The notes: generated by a model from the sequence alone, not told the origin. DNA of 64,000 nucleotides from Lysobacterales bacterium (GCA_050250665.1 JBFWOF010000025.1:16530-80529), one strand, 5' to 3'; counted from the stretch's first letter, positions 47,983 to 58,215 are shown. Numbers and translations are program-made.

Positions 47983-48909
47983 ATGGACAATATTCTCATT
48001 CTGGTATTCCTCGGCTTCATCGCCGTGGTGGTTTTCCGTTCCATCCGCTTTGTGCCGCAGGGCTTCAACTTCACCGTGGAGCGCTTCGGCAAGTACACCC
48101 ACACCCTGCCCTCGGGCCTCGGCTTCCTGATTCCCCTGATCGATTCGGTCGGCCGCAAGGTCAACATGATGGAACAGGTGCTGGACGTGCCCTCGCAGGA
48201 CGTCATCACCAAGGACAACGCTGTGGTCAAGGTCGACGGCGTGATCTTCTATCAGGTACTGGATGCGGCCAAGTCGGCCTACGAGGTGTCCAACCTCGAG
48301 CAGGCCGCCATCGCGCTGGTGATGACCAACATCCGTACCGCCATCGGCTCGATGGACCTGGACGAATCGCTGAGCAAGCGCGACGAGATCAACGCCCGCC
48401 TGATGCGGGTGGTTGACGATGCAACCCATCCCTGGGGCATCAAGGTCAATCGCATCGAACTCAAGGACATCCAGCCGCCGCGTGATCTGGTCGATGCCAT
48501 GGCCCGGCAGATGAAAGCCGAGCGTGAAAAGCGCGCCGCCATTCTTGAAGCCGAAGGCAGCCGCGCCAGCGAGATCCTGCGCGCCGAAGGCGAGAAGCAG
48601 GGCGCCGTGCTCGAAGCCGAAGGTCGTCGCGAAGCGGCCTTCCGTGACGCCGAAGCGCGCGAACGACTGGCTGAAGCTGAAGCCCGGGCCACCGAGATGG
48701 TGTCTCAGGCCATCGCCAAGGGCGATGTCCAGGCGATCAACTATTTTGTCGCCAACAACTACATCAAGGCGCTGCAGGCGCTGGCCACCAGTCCCAATCA
48801 GAAGACCCTGGTGCTGCCGGTGGAACTGACCAGCGTCATCGGCTCGATTGCAGGTATCGCCGAGATCGCCAAGGCCGTCGGCAAGAAGCAGGGAGGTAGC
48901 GCGCCATGA
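47983..48909 (+). CDS. qmcA: Stomatin-like SPFH protein (QmcA/YbbK type)
   Basis: N-terminal TM then VPQGFNFTVERFGKYTHTL...ITKDNAVVKVDGVIFYQV...IELKDIQPP. Confidence 0.9.
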   Translation: MDNILILVFLGFIAVVVFRSIRFVPQGFNFTVERFGKYTHTLPSGLGFLIPLIDSVGRKVNMMEQVLDVPSQDVITKDNAVVKVDGVIFYQVLDAAKSAYEVSNLEQAAIALVMTNIRTAIGSMDLDESLSKRDEINARLMRVVDDATHPWGIKVNRIELKDIQPPRDLVDAMARQMKAEREKRAAILEAEGSRASEILRAEGEKQGAVLEAEGRREAAFRDAEARERLAEAEARATEMVSQAIAKGDVQAINYFVANNYIKALQALATSPNQKTLVLPVELTSVIGSIAGIAEIAKAVGKKQGGSAP

Positions 48910-49355
48910 GTCCCTGGTGGCAAAGCATCAGTGCTTCGGAATGGCTGATCGCCGGCATGATCCTGCTGGTGCTCGAAGTCTTCGCGCCCGGTGCCTTTCT
49001 GCTGTGGTTCGGCATCGCCGCTCTGGTGGTCGGCATTGCCGTGTGGCTGATCCCGGCCCTGCCCTGGGGCCTGCAGATCGTGGCCTTCGCGCTGCTTTCG
49101 ATCGGTTCGCTGCTCGGCTACCGCGCCTGGCGCAAACGCGTGCCCGATAAACCCGACGACCAGCCGCTGCTGAACAAGCGCACCGAGCAGATGATCGGCC
49201 GGGTCTTCATTCTGGAGACCGCCATCGTCAACGGTCGCGGCAAGATCAAGGTCGGCGACGCCCTGTGGACCGTCAGCGGCCCGGATCTCGCCGCCGGCAC
49301 CACGGTCCGAGTGCTCGGCGCCCGCGAGCAGATTTTGCAGGTGGAGGCGGGATGA
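48906..49355 (+). CDS. NfeD-family membrane protein (YbbJ type)
   Basis: ATGA overlap with the SPFH gene; TM segments plus the C-terminal OB-like GRGKIKVGDALWTVSG. Confidence 0.85.
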   Translation: MSPWWQSISASEWLIAGMILLVLEVFAPGAFLLWFGIAALVVGIAVWLIPALPWGLQIVAFALLSIGSLLGYRAWRKRVPDKPDDQPLLNKRTEQMIGRVFILETAIVNGRGKIKVGDALWTVSGPDLAAGTTVRVLGAREQILQVEAG

Positions 49356-49408
49356 GGGCTTGAATGCTGCCGGGGAGTCTGCGGGCGAACCCGGCGGATG
49401 GGCAGTCG

Positions 49409-49781
49409 GAGAGCGGTAATACGTCAAACGTGAAACGTCAATCAAGGCGCGAAGCCGGTGGCCTGCCGGAGCGGGCTGCACCCGCGATGGCCACCGTCAG
49501 ATTGACGAAACCCATTTCGCGGACAGAGTCCGCTCCCACAGGCCGCGGACGGCGAGCTTCAAATTGACGTTTTACGTTTGACTTCGCACCTCGCACCTCG
49601 GAGAGCGGTAAAACGTCAAACGTAAAACGTCAATCAAGGCACGAAGCCGGTGGCCTGCCGGAGCGAGCTGCGCCCGCGATGGCCACTCTCAGATGGGCGA
49701 AATCCATTTCGCGGACAAAGTCCGCCCCCACAGGCCGCGGACGGCGAGCTTCAAGTTGACGTTTTACGTTTCACGTTTGAC
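49409..49781. repeat. Two tandem copies (period 192 bp) of a MITE-like composite: ACGTTTN-heptad inverted arms enclosing a GTGGGAGCGGAC-type REP
   Basis: The units start gagagcggtaa[t/a]acgtcaaacgt[g/a]aaacgtcaatcaagg at 49409 and 49601 and end ...ttgacgttttacgtttgac. A third copy lies at 52199-52371. Confidence 0.85.
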
Positions 49782-49799
49782 CTTCTGAAGCTCCAACCG

Positions 49800-50678
49800 C
49801 TACATCAACATCACCCCCACCCCGCCAAAGGTGAACGCCACGCCGATCAGCTTGCGTCGTCCCAGCGGCTCCGTCAGCCACGCCCAGGCGAACAGCAGGA
49901 TGAAGATCGACGCGGTTTCGTTGAGGATCGAGGCCACCGAGGCGCTGGTGTACTTGTAGCCGGCGAGCCAGAACAGCATCGCCACGTACTGGCCGAAGAC
50001 CGCGGCAATCACCAGCCGTCGCCAGGGCACGCCGCGCCAGGAGGGCATGCGATGGTGGGCGGGTAGCCAGCGCCACAGCCACAGCATCGGGATCAATGCG
50101 GCCAGCAGACGCAGCAGGCAGACCCAGAAGAAGGGTTCCTGTTCCAGCACCGGCTTGATCATGACCACGCCGGCGGCGTTCAGCGCCACTGCGGTGACGC
50201 CGTAGAGCAGACCCCGGCGCAGCTGGCTGGCCGGCAAGGGGTCGTTGAGCACGGGCCGGTTGACCAGCAGCACGCCGAACATCACCAGCACGAAGCCGCC
50301 GAACTGCAGCAGGCTCAGGCGCTCGTCAAGGAAGAAGAAGGACAGCAGGATCACGCAGGGGCTGAAGAGATTGCCCAGCACGCCGATGCGTCCGGCGCCG
50401 AGCGTATTCAGAGCCCGGAAGTACAGCGTGTCGGCGACACTGATGCCGAGAATGCCGGAGAGCACGGTCAGGGCCAGTGACCAGCCGGTGATCTGTGGCA
50501 AAGCCAGACCATGCGCGATCAGTACGGTCGGCACCATCAGCGCCACCACCACGCCATTCTTCAAAAGGTTCAAGGCCACCGGCGGCAGCTCATTGCCGAG
50601 CTGCTTGTACAGGATCACCCCGACCGCCCAGCAGGCGGCCGAACTCACCGAAAACAGCTCACCGATACCCACCTGCAT
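49800..50678 (-). CDS. EamA/DMT family transporter
   Basis: 292 aa, ten hydrophobic segments. Confidence 0.85.
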   Translation of the reverse strand: MQVGIGELFSVSSAACWAVGVILYKQLGNELPPVALNLLKNGVVVALMVPTVLIAHGLALPQITGWSLALTVLSGILGISVADTLYFRALNTLGAGRIGVLGNLFSPCVILLSFFFLDERLSLLQFGGFVLVMFGVLLVNRPVLNDPLPASQLRRGLLYGVTAVALNAAGVVMIKPVLEQEPFFWVCLLRLLAALIPMLWLWRWLPAHHRMPSWRGVPWRRLVIAAVFGQYVAMLFWLAGYKYTSASVASILNETASIFILLFAWAWLTEPLGRRKLIGVAFTFGGVGVMLM

Positions 50679-50811
50679 GTCGCGCTTCCTGAAAGAGTGT
50701 CAAGCCGGTAGCGCGCGCTGATCAATGCCATGATGGGCACCTGGCCAGAAACCTGAACGCACTCTCCGGGGGTTGCGCCATGACTCCACGGCGCTCGCGC
50801 ATCATGCCCGC

Positions 50812-52035
50812 ATGAACCACTACTGCGAACAATGCGATTTCGTCATCGAGCTGGCCCGGCGCCTGCACGAAGCAGGCTCCACCGCGCCGCGTCTGGAAGA
50901 CGTGATCAACTCGGTCAGCCGCAAGCTGGGGCTGGATACTCATATCTGGTCGAGTCCGACGGCGATCATCGCCACGGTGCGGCCGATCGGGGCCGAAGGC
51001 GATCAGCAGACGCTGACCCGTGTGGTCCGGCTGGCGCCCGGTGATATCCATCTGCGCCGTCTCTGGCGGGTGGACGACATTGCCGAGCGTGTGGCGCGCG
51101 GCGAGTACTCGGCAGCCGAAGGCATGCGTGCCCTGGCCCAGGCCGCCCAGCCAGACTCCGAACGACGCCAGTGGCTGGAAACCGTATTCGGCTTTCTGCT
51201 GGCCTCGGCGGGTGTGGCCGGCCTGCTCAAGGGCAGCCCGGCCGACATCGTCAGCGCTGCTGCGCTGGGTCTGATGCTGGGCGTACTGGCGCAGCTGGCG
51301 CCGACGCGACCGCGACTGGCCGCCACCTTTGAAGCCCTGGCGGCTTTCCTGGTGGCGCTGATGACTGCGTTCATTGCCTACGCCTGGACCCCCATTTCGC
51401 CGCTGGTGCTGACCGCCGGTCTGATCGTGCTGCTGCCCGGCCTGTCGCTGACCACCGCTGCCGCCGAAGTCGCGACCCAGCATCTGGTCTCGGGCACCGC
51501 GCGGTTCGCCGGTGCCGTGGCGGTGCTGTTGAAACTGGCTTTCGGAGCCTTGCTGGGGTCGCGGCTGGCGGCCGCGCTCGGTTGGAGCGCCCCCGATGCC
51601 ATGGCGCACCTGCAGGCACCCTGGGTGGAAGTGGTCTCGCTGGTCACAGCCGCGACCGCCTTTGCGCTGCTGTTCAAGGCCCGTATCCGCGACTGGTGGG
51701 TGGTGTTCCTGGCCGCCGGCATCAGCTATCTGACCACCCGCTTTGCCAGTCCCGCACTGGGCGCCGAACTCGGTCTATTCATCGCCGCCTTCATCATCAC
51801 CGTGCTCAGCAACCTCTACGCCCGCTGGTCCAACCGCCCCGGAGCCACCTTCCGCCTGCCCGGTCTGATCCTGCTGGTCCCCGGCTCGGTCGGCTTCCGC
51901 AGCCTGACCTTCGTCTTCGAGAAGGACGTGTTTCTGGGCCTGGACACCGCCTTCAGCGTAGTCACCCTGATCGCCGCCCTGGTGGCCGGCCTGCTGCTCG
52001 GCAACAGCGTGGTGCCGCCGCGGGCGGGGATGTAG
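50812..52035 (+). CDS. ThrE-family (threonine/serine exporter-like) membrane protein
   Basis: Start MNHYCEQCDFVIELARRLHEAGSTAPRLEDVINSV; N-terminal soluble region then about ten TM segments. Confidence 0.8.
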   Translation: MNHYCEQCDFVIELARRLHEAGSTAPRLEDVINSVSRKLGLDTHIWSSPTAIIATVRPIGAEGDQQTLTRVVRLAPGDIHLRRLWRVDDIAERVARGEYSAAEGMRALAQAAQPDSERRQWLETVFGFLLASAGVAGLLKGSPADIVSAAALGLMLGVLAQLAPTRPRLAATFEALAAFLVALMTAFIAYAWTPISPLVLTAGLIVLLPGLSLTTAAAEVATQHLVSGTARFAGAVAVLLKLAFGALLGSRLAAALGWSAPDAMAHLQAPWVEVVSLVTAATAFALLFKARIRDWWVVFLAAGISYLTTRFASPALGAELGLFIAAFIITVLSNLYARWSNRPGATFRLPGLILLVPGSVGFRSLTFVFEKDVFLGLDTAFSVVTLIAALVAGLLLGNSVVPPRAGM

Positions 52036-52043
52036 GTGAAGCG

Positions 52044-52106
52044 GGTTGTTGGTTGTTGGTTGTCGGTTGTCGGTTGTCGGTTGTCGGTTGTCGGTTGTCG
52101 GTTGTC
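52044..52106. repeat. Heptanucleotide microsatellite (GGTTGTT)x2(GGTTGTC)x7
   Basis: Nine uninterrupted units starting 9 nt after the thrE-family stop. Confidence 0.95.
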
Positions 52107-52198
52107 GGTAAAAGCGCGGCGCGGCAAGTCCCGGCTGTTGTGGGTCCAGACTTGTCTGGACGCTTCCATGACCTTTGGACCAAATGCGTAAATCGTCC

Positions 52199-52371
52199 GA
52201 AGAGCGGCAAAACGTCAAACGTAAAACGTCAACTTGAAGCTCGCACTCCGACGCCTGTGGGAGCGGACTTCGTCCGCGAACAAGCTCGCGGACTCATGAA
52301 GTCGGCCGTCGCGGACAGAGTCCGCTCCCATAGGTCATCAGCGGCGAGCTCTGATTGACGTTTCACGTTTG
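52199..52371. repeat. MITE-like composite (ACGTTTN-heptad arms, two inverted GTGGGAGCGGAC REPs inside)
   Basis: gaagagcggcaaaacgtcaaacgtaaaacgtcaac ... ctgtgggagcggacttcgtccgcgaa ... gcggacagagtccgctcccatagg ... ttgacgtttcacgtttgacgttttac. Confidence 0.85.
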
Positions 52372-52415
52372 ACGTTTTACCTGAAGTGCCGAATGACTCC
52401 GACGTGGCCGAATCG

Positions 52416-54389
52416 CTATGCACCTAACAATGCCCTGATCGCATCCAGATGCGGCCTGGCGGCGACGGCTTTTTCCTCGGCGGTCTTGACGGTCTTCTCG
52501 TCCTTGCCCACCCAGCGCACCTCGCTGTCGGGCATTTCCATCAGGAAACGGCTGGGTTCCGGGCATTCCTCGCGGCCGTAGCGGCTGCGCACGCGGCAGT
52601 AGGACAGGGTCAGGGTTTCCTTGGCGCGGGTCATGCCGACGTAGAACAGGCGCCGCTCCTCATCCAGACGCCCTTCGTCCAGCGAGGACACATGTGGCAG
52701 CAAACCGTCTTCGCAGCCGACCAGGAACACGTGGCGGAACTCCAGTCCCTTGGCGCTGTGCAGGGTCATCAGGCGCACCCGGTCGCCGGGTTCGTCGTCC
52801 TGACTCTCCAGCATCAGCTGGGTCAGCAGGGCGCCGAGTGAGTTCTCGCGGCGATCGCCGATCCACTCCAGAAAGGCCTGCACCTGGGCCTGGCGCCGCT
52901 CTGCCATTTCCGGGCGCTTGCTGTCCTCGCGCCAGTGCTGGATCAGTCCCGATTCGCGGATCAGCTGTTCGATCAGGGCCCGCGGACGCACGCTGCTGCT
53001 GAGCTTGCGCCAGGCCTCCAACTGTTCGGCAAAGGCCGACAGAGCGCGCGCGGCGCGCGGCGTCAGGGTCGCCAGCAGCGTCTGCGATCCGGCCGCCTTG
53101 GCCAGCGGCAGGCCGCGACTGCGGGCGGCCTGGGCCAGTTTCTCCAGCGTCGCCGCGCCGACATCGCGACGCGGCGTCGCCACCGCGCGGACGAAGGCGG
53201 CATCGTCCTCGGGGTTGGCCAGCAGCCGCAGGTAGGCCATCACATCCTTGATCTCCTGGCGATCAAAGAAGGAAGTCGCGCCCGACAGGTGATAGGGCAC
53301 CTTGAGCACTCGGAGTGCCAGTTCCAGTGACCGTGCCTGATGGTTGCCGCGGAAGAGCACCGCGAAATCGCGTGGCGTGCACTTGTCGATCAGCTGGCGA
53401 TGGCTGATCTCGGCCGCCACGAACTCGGCCTCATCGGTATCGCTGCCGCGGGCGACGATACGGATCGGATCGCCGTCGGGCAGCGCGCTCCAGAGCTTCT
53501 TCGGATGCAGATGCGGGTTCTGGCCGATCACCGCATTGGCGGCACGCAGGATGCGCTGGGCGCAGCGATAGTTCTGCTCCAGCTTGACGATCTTCAGATG
53601 GGGATAGTCCTGACCCAGCTGCGCCAGATTCTCCGGATTGGCACCGCGCCAGGCGTAGATCGACTGGTCGTCATCCCCCACCGCCGTGAACAATCCACGC
53701 TCACCGGCCAGCAGCCGCAGCAGGCGGTACTGGGTGTCGTTGGTGTCCTGGTACTCGTCCACCAGCAGATAGCGATACTTGCGCTGCCACTTGGCGCGCA
53801 CCTCGGCATCGGCCTCCAGCACCCGCACTGGCAGCGCGATCAGATCATCGAAATCCACCGCATTGAAGGCGGTCAGGCGCTGGGCGTAGCTGGCATAGAG
53901 TTCGGCCGCTTCGCGCTCGCGCGGGGTTTGCGAGGCGGCCAGTGCCTGTGTCGGGTTCAGACCGCGGTTCTTGGCATGGCCGATCAGCTGGCGCCAGCGA
54001 TCCAGCACATCGTTGCCGGTGCCCTTGGGCGCCAGATCCTTGACCAAGGCGCGGGCGTCGTCCTCACCCAGAATCGAGAATCCGCGACGCAGACCCACAT
54101 GGGCGCATTCGATCTCCAGAAAGCGCATGCCCAGCGCATGGAAGGTCGACACCGTCAGACCCTCACTGCCGCCCTCGCCCAGCAGCCGCGCCGCGCGCTC
54201 ACGCATTTCCCGGGCGGCCTTGTTGGTAAAGGTGATCGCCGCGATCTCGTTGATGTTGTACAGCCCCGAACGGACCAGATGCACGATCTTCTGGGTGATC
54301 ACGCTGGTCTTTCCCGACCCGGCGCCCGCCAGCACCAGCAGCGGACCATCCAGATAGCGCACGGCTTCCTGTTGTTGCGGATTGAGCAT
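52416..54389 (-). CDS. rep: ATP-dependent DNA helicase Rep
   Basis: MLNPQQQEAVRYLDGPLLVLAGAGSGKTSVITQKIVHL...AITFTNKAAREMRERA; 657 aa; UvrD/Rep superfamily 1 motifs. Confidence 0.9.
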   Translation of the reverse strand: MLNPQQQEAVRYLDGPLLVLAGAGSGKTSVITQKIVHLVRSGLYNINEIAAITFTNKAAREMRERAARLLGEGGSEGLTVSTFHALGMRFLEIECAHVGLRRGFSILGEDDARALVKDLAPKGTGNDVLDRWRQLIGHAKNRGLNPTQALAASQTPREREAAELYASYAQRLTAFNAVDFDDLIALPVRVLEADAEVRAKWQRKYRYLLVDEYQDTNDTQYRLLRLLAGERGLFTAVGDDDQSIYAWRGANPENLAQLGQDYPHLKIVKLEQNYRCAQRILRAANAVIGQNPHLHPKKLWSALPDGDPIRIVARGSDTDEAEFVAAEISHRQLIDKCTPRDFAVLFRGNHQARSLELALRVLKVPYHLSGATSFFDRQEIKDVMAYLRLLANPEDDAAFVRAVATPRRDVGAATLEKLAQAARSRGLPLAKAAGSQTLLATLTPRAARALSAFAEQLEAWRKLSSSVRPRALIEQLIRESGLIQHWREDSKRPEMAERRQAQVQAFLEWIGDRRENSLGALLTQLMLESQDDEPGDRVRLMTLHSAKGLEFRHVFLVGCEDGLLPHVSSLDEGRLDEERRLFYVGMTRAKETLTLSYCRVRSRYGREECPEPSRFLMEMPDSEVRWVGKDEKTVKTAEEKAVAARPHLDAIRALLGA

Positions 54390-55469
54390 CGGTGGGCAGC
54401 TGGGGTTCGCAGGCGGGGGTGGCGAGTCTAGCCCGGTAGGAGCGACCTTGCGTCGCGACCCGTGGCGATAACCGGGAACTGCGGCGGGCCGGGGGCAGAA
54501 GCCGGACGCAGAGAACGCAAAGGAAAAGCAGAAAGGACGCAGAGCAGAGCAGGATCAGGTCAGACCGGCGAATGGCACCCGGCGAATGGCCGGCTGTTGT
54601 GGGTCCGGACTCGTACGGACACTCTGCGCTCTCCATGAACCCATGCCGTAAGTCATTGATTTGCCGCAATGGTCCCTTCGCCCCGCTTGCGGGGAGAAGG
54701 TCGGTCCGAAGGACCCGGATGAGGGGCGCTTTTGACAGGACACGCGCTGTCCGAAAGGCCCCCGCACCTGTCGCCTGCGGCGACATCCTGCCCGGCACAT
54801 CGGCGTTGCCGATGTGCGTTCGGATGGACGCGAACCTTTCGGTCCGCAAGCGTCCATGCTCACCCCCGCAAGCGGGGCGAGGAACCCAATCCGGTTCATG
54901 GCCCGCGCGCAGTTTCGGGCCGAAACAGGTGGCTCGCAATGACGCCGGCTTGTTGCCCAAATTAAGCGGCAGGCCGAAAAGTTTGGCCCGTGATTACGAT
55001 CCTTTCGGGGCGTCTCGAAGATCTGAACGCTCTTCTCCGTGTTCTCTCTGCTTTTCCTTTGCGTTCTCTGCGTCCAGCTTCTGGCTACGACCTGCCTCGG
55101 GATAGGACGGTCGCGGCGCCGGTCGCGCCGCAAGGGCGATCCCCCGTGCCCCGCCATTGGCGTTACCGATTGCAACGTCTAGCCCGCATCTCTCACACCT
55201 GTTGCGGAAGATCGCGCAGGGCTTTGCACCGAGGGCGAGGCGCGAGGAGGAGGAATGGTTGTTCCATTGCGACGACGAGCAACGCAGCCATCGGTGCAAA
55301 GAACCAGCGAGGGCCGCAAAGCGGGCGGATGCAGGCGTACATCCTGCGATTGCCGCAAGAGCTGAATCGAGCATACGCCACAAAGGAATCAGGGCATCTG
55401 CACGCGCAGGTGTGAGAAATGCGGGCTAGCATCGGCCGCCCCCGCGCCTGTCGCCATCGAGACTCATCC
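54390..55469. repeat. 1.1-kb gene-free interval made of mixed REP-like modules
   Basis: Contains GTAGGAGCGACC (54436), inverted gacgcagagaacgcaaaggaaaagcagaaagg modules (about 54500 and about 55040), ccccgcttgcgggg hairpins, ggctcgcaatgacgcc, and inverted cacgcgcaggtgtgagaaatgcgggctag modules (55180 and 55400). Confidence 0.65.
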
Positions 55470-58205
55470 ATGCGCTTGAAACTGATTGTTGGCCTGTCGG
55501 CCCTGCTGTTCGGCGCTGCCGCGCCGGCGACCGATACGCTGATTCCCTACGAGAAGTTCCAGCTCGACAACGGCCTGACCGTGATCGTGCATCAGGACAT
55601 CAAGGCGCCGGTGATTGCGGTGTCGATGTGGTACCACGTCGGCTCCAAGGACGAGAAGCCGGGCCGTACCGGTTTTGCCCATCTGTTCGAACACCTGATG
55701 TTCCAGAAGACCGAGAACCACGACGGCGAGTACTTCGAGCCCTTCGAGAAGGTCGGCGCCACCGACATGAACGGCACCACCTCGCTGGATCGCACCAACT
55801 ACTTCCAGACGGTGCCGAAGACGGCGCTGGACATGGCGCTGTGGATGGAATCGGACCGCATGGGCCATTTGCTCGGTGCCATCGATCAGGCGGCGCTGGA
55901 CGAGCAGCGTGGTGTGGTCAAGAACGAGAAGCGCCAGGGCGAGAATCAGCCCTATGGCCGGGTCATGGAGGCACTGCAGAAGGCCAGTTTTCCGGAGGGT
56001 CACCCGTACCGTTGGGAAACCATCGGTTCGATGGAGGACCTGTCGGCAGCATCACTGGACGACGTCAAGCTCTGGTTCGAAACCTATTACGGCGCCGCCA
56101 ACGCCACGCTGGTGCTGGCCGGTGACATCGATGTGGCCACGGCGCGAGACAAGGTTCAGCGCTATTTCGGCGACATCCCTTCCGGCCCGCCGGTGGCAAG
56201 GCTGGAATCCTGGGTCGCCGCGCGCACCAGCAGCACCCGCGAGGTGATGTACGACCGCGTCGCTCAGGCACGCCTGGACAAGGTCTGGAACTACGCCGAG
56301 CGCGGCACGCCCGATGCCGATTTCATGGAAATGGCGGCGCGCATCCTTGGCGGCGGCAAGACCTCGCGGCTATACGCGCGTCTGGTCTATCGCGATCAGA
56401 TTGCCGATAGCGTCGGGGCATTTCCGCAGGCGCTGGAATTGGCGAGCATGTTTTTCATCGAGGCCGACGTCAAGACCGGCGTCGCCATTGCCACGGTCGA
56501 GCAGGCGATCAACGAGGAGGTCGCGCGATTCCTGGCCGAAGGCCCGACCGCTGAAGAACTCAAGCGCGCCAAGATCGAGATCAAGAGCGAAGTGGTGCGC
56601 GGGCTGGAGAAGGTGGGTGGCTTTTCCGGCAAGGCCGGTGTGCTGGCCGAGTGCCAGGTGTACGACGCTGATCCGGATTGCTATCAGGCGTCGCTGGATC
56701 GTCTGGCCGCCGCCACCCCGGCGCAGGTTCGCGACGCTGCAAGACGCTGGTTGACGCAGGGCGATCACACCCTGGAAGTACGCCCCTTTGGCAACTACAA
56801 GGCGGCAGAAGCGGGAGCTGTTGATCGCAGCCTGGGCGTGCCCACCGTTGCCGACTTCCCGGAAGTCGACTTCCCTGTGCTGCAGCATGCCAGGCTGAAG
56901 AACGGTATCGAAGTGGTGCTGGCTGCACGTTCCAGCATTCCGATCATCAATGTGGAACTGCTGTTCGGCGCTGGATCCTCGGGCGACCGCGGGCGCCCCT
57001 TGGGCACGGCTGAGTTCACCTACGGCATGCTCGACGAGGGTGCCGAAGGCAAGAATCCACTCGAGATCGCCGCTGCGGTCGATAGCCTGGGGGCGCAGCT
57101 CTATACCGGCGCCGGCCTCGATAACGGCTACGCCGGCGTCTCAGCGCTCAGCGAGCAGCTGGACCCCTCGCTGGCATTGCTTGCCAGTATTGTGCGCAAG
57201 GCCGATTTCAAGCCGGAAGACATCGAACGCGTGCGCAAGCAGTGGCTGGCCGGCATCGCCCAGGAAAAGAGCCAGCCCTTCGGGCTAGGCCTGCGCATCC
57301 TGCCGCCGCTGTTGTTCGGCGCCGATCATCCCTACGGCGTGCCGTTCTCGGGCAGCGGCACCGAAGCCAGCCTTGCGGCCATCACCCGCGACGATCTGAT
57401 CGCCTATCGCAGCGATTTCCTGCGCCCCGACAATGTGCGCATTCTGGTGGCCGGAGACACCACGCTGGCGGCCATCGTGCCGGCATTGGAGCAGCACTTC
57501 GGTGACTGGACGCCGCCCGCGAGCCCGAAGCCCGTGATCGAGATTCCCGTCGTCGCGGCGCAGACCAAGCCGCGCGTGTTCCTGATCCATCGCGCCGAAG
57601 CGCAGCAGACCCTGATTCTGGCAGGCCTGCTCGGACCCGACGGTCGGGTCGAAAACAACACTGCGATCGGCACCATGAACGACATCCTCGGCGGCACCTT
57701 CACCTCGCGTCTGAACATGAATCTGCGCGAGGACAAGCACTGGAGCTATGGCGTCGGCGTGGCCATGCCGAGCGCGCGCGGACAGCGTCCGTGGATCACT
57801 TACGCGCCGGTGCAGACTGACAAGACCGCCGAATCGGTGACCGAGATCCGCAAGGAACTGAGCGCGTATCTGGGCGACAAGCTGGCCACCGAAGAGGAAC
57901 TCGACAAACTCAAGGCTGGAGATGTGCGCTCGCTGCCAGGCGCCTACGAGACCATAGGCGATGTTCAGGGCGCGGTGCGGAGCATCCTGCAATTCGATCG
58001 ACCCGACGACTGGGTGGCCACGGCCAAGCAGCGCATCGAAGCACAGACGCTGGCTGACATCCATGCTGCCGCCAGGCAGGTGATCCAGCAGGACAGCCTG
58101 ACCTGGGTGATTGTCGGCGACCTCAGCAAGATCGAAGCCGGTGTGCGCGCCCTGAACCTCGGCGAGGTCCAGGTGGTCGACGAGGACGGACAGCCGCTGC
58201 GCTAG
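55470..58205 (+). CDS. Secreted M16 (pitrilysin/insulinase) family zinc peptidase, double-unit
   Basis: Signal peptide MRLKLIVGLSALLFGAAAPA; HLFEHLMF (HxxEH) zinc motif; a second inactive-type half follows. Confidence 0.9.
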   Translation: MRLKLIVGLSALLFGAAAPATDTLIPYEKFQLDNGLTVIVHQDIKAPVIAVSMWYHVGSKDEKPGRTGFAHLFEHLMFQKTENHDGEYFEPFEKVGATDMNGTTSLDRTNYFQTVPKTALDMALWMESDRMGHLLGAIDQAALDEQRGVVKNEKRQGENQPYGRVMEALQKASFPEGHPYRWETIGSMEDLSAASLDDVKLWFETYYGAANATLVLAGDIDVATARDKVQRYFGDIPSGPPVARLESWVAARTSSTREVMYDRVAQARLDKVWNYAERGTPDADFMEMAARILGGGKTSRLYARLVYRDQIADSVGAFPQALELASMFFIEADVKTGVAIATVEQAINEEVARFLAEGPTAEELKRAKIEIKSEVVRGLEKVGGFSGKAGVLAECQVYDADPDCYQASLDRLAAATPAQVRDAARRWLTQGDHTLEVRPFGNYKAAEAGAVDRSLGVPTVADFPEVDFPVLQHARLKNGIEVVLAARSSIPIINVELLFGAGSSGDRGRPLGTAEFTYGMLDEGAEGKNPLEIAAAVDSLGAQLYTGAGLDNGYAGVSALSEQLDPSLALLASIVRKADFKPEDIERVRKQWLAGIAQEKSQPFGLGLRILPPLLFGADHPYGVPFSGSGTEASLAAITRDDLIAYRSDFLRPDNVRILVAGDTTLAAIVPALEQHFGDWTPPASPKPVIEIPVVAAQTKPRVFLIHRAEAQQTLILAGLLGPDGRVENNTAIGTMNDILGGTFTSRLNMNLREDKHWSYGVGVAMPSARGQRPWITYAPVQTDKTAESVTEIRKELSAYLGDKLATEEELDKLKAGDVRSLPGAYETIGDVQGAVRSILQFDRPDDWVATAKQRIEAQTLADIHAAARQVIQQDSLTWVIVGDLSKIEAGVRALNLGEVQVVDEDGQPLR

Positions 58206-58215
58206 TCAGACCAGC

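Noticed and set aside
49409-49781. Considered whether the regularly spaced repeats (192-bp tandem, heptamer tracts, 107-bp repeats at 8431-8730) could be a CRISPR array.
   Set aside because: There is no alternation of a constant 25-40-bp repeat with unique spacers of similar length, no leader, and no cas genes. The units are whole composite elements or microsatellites.
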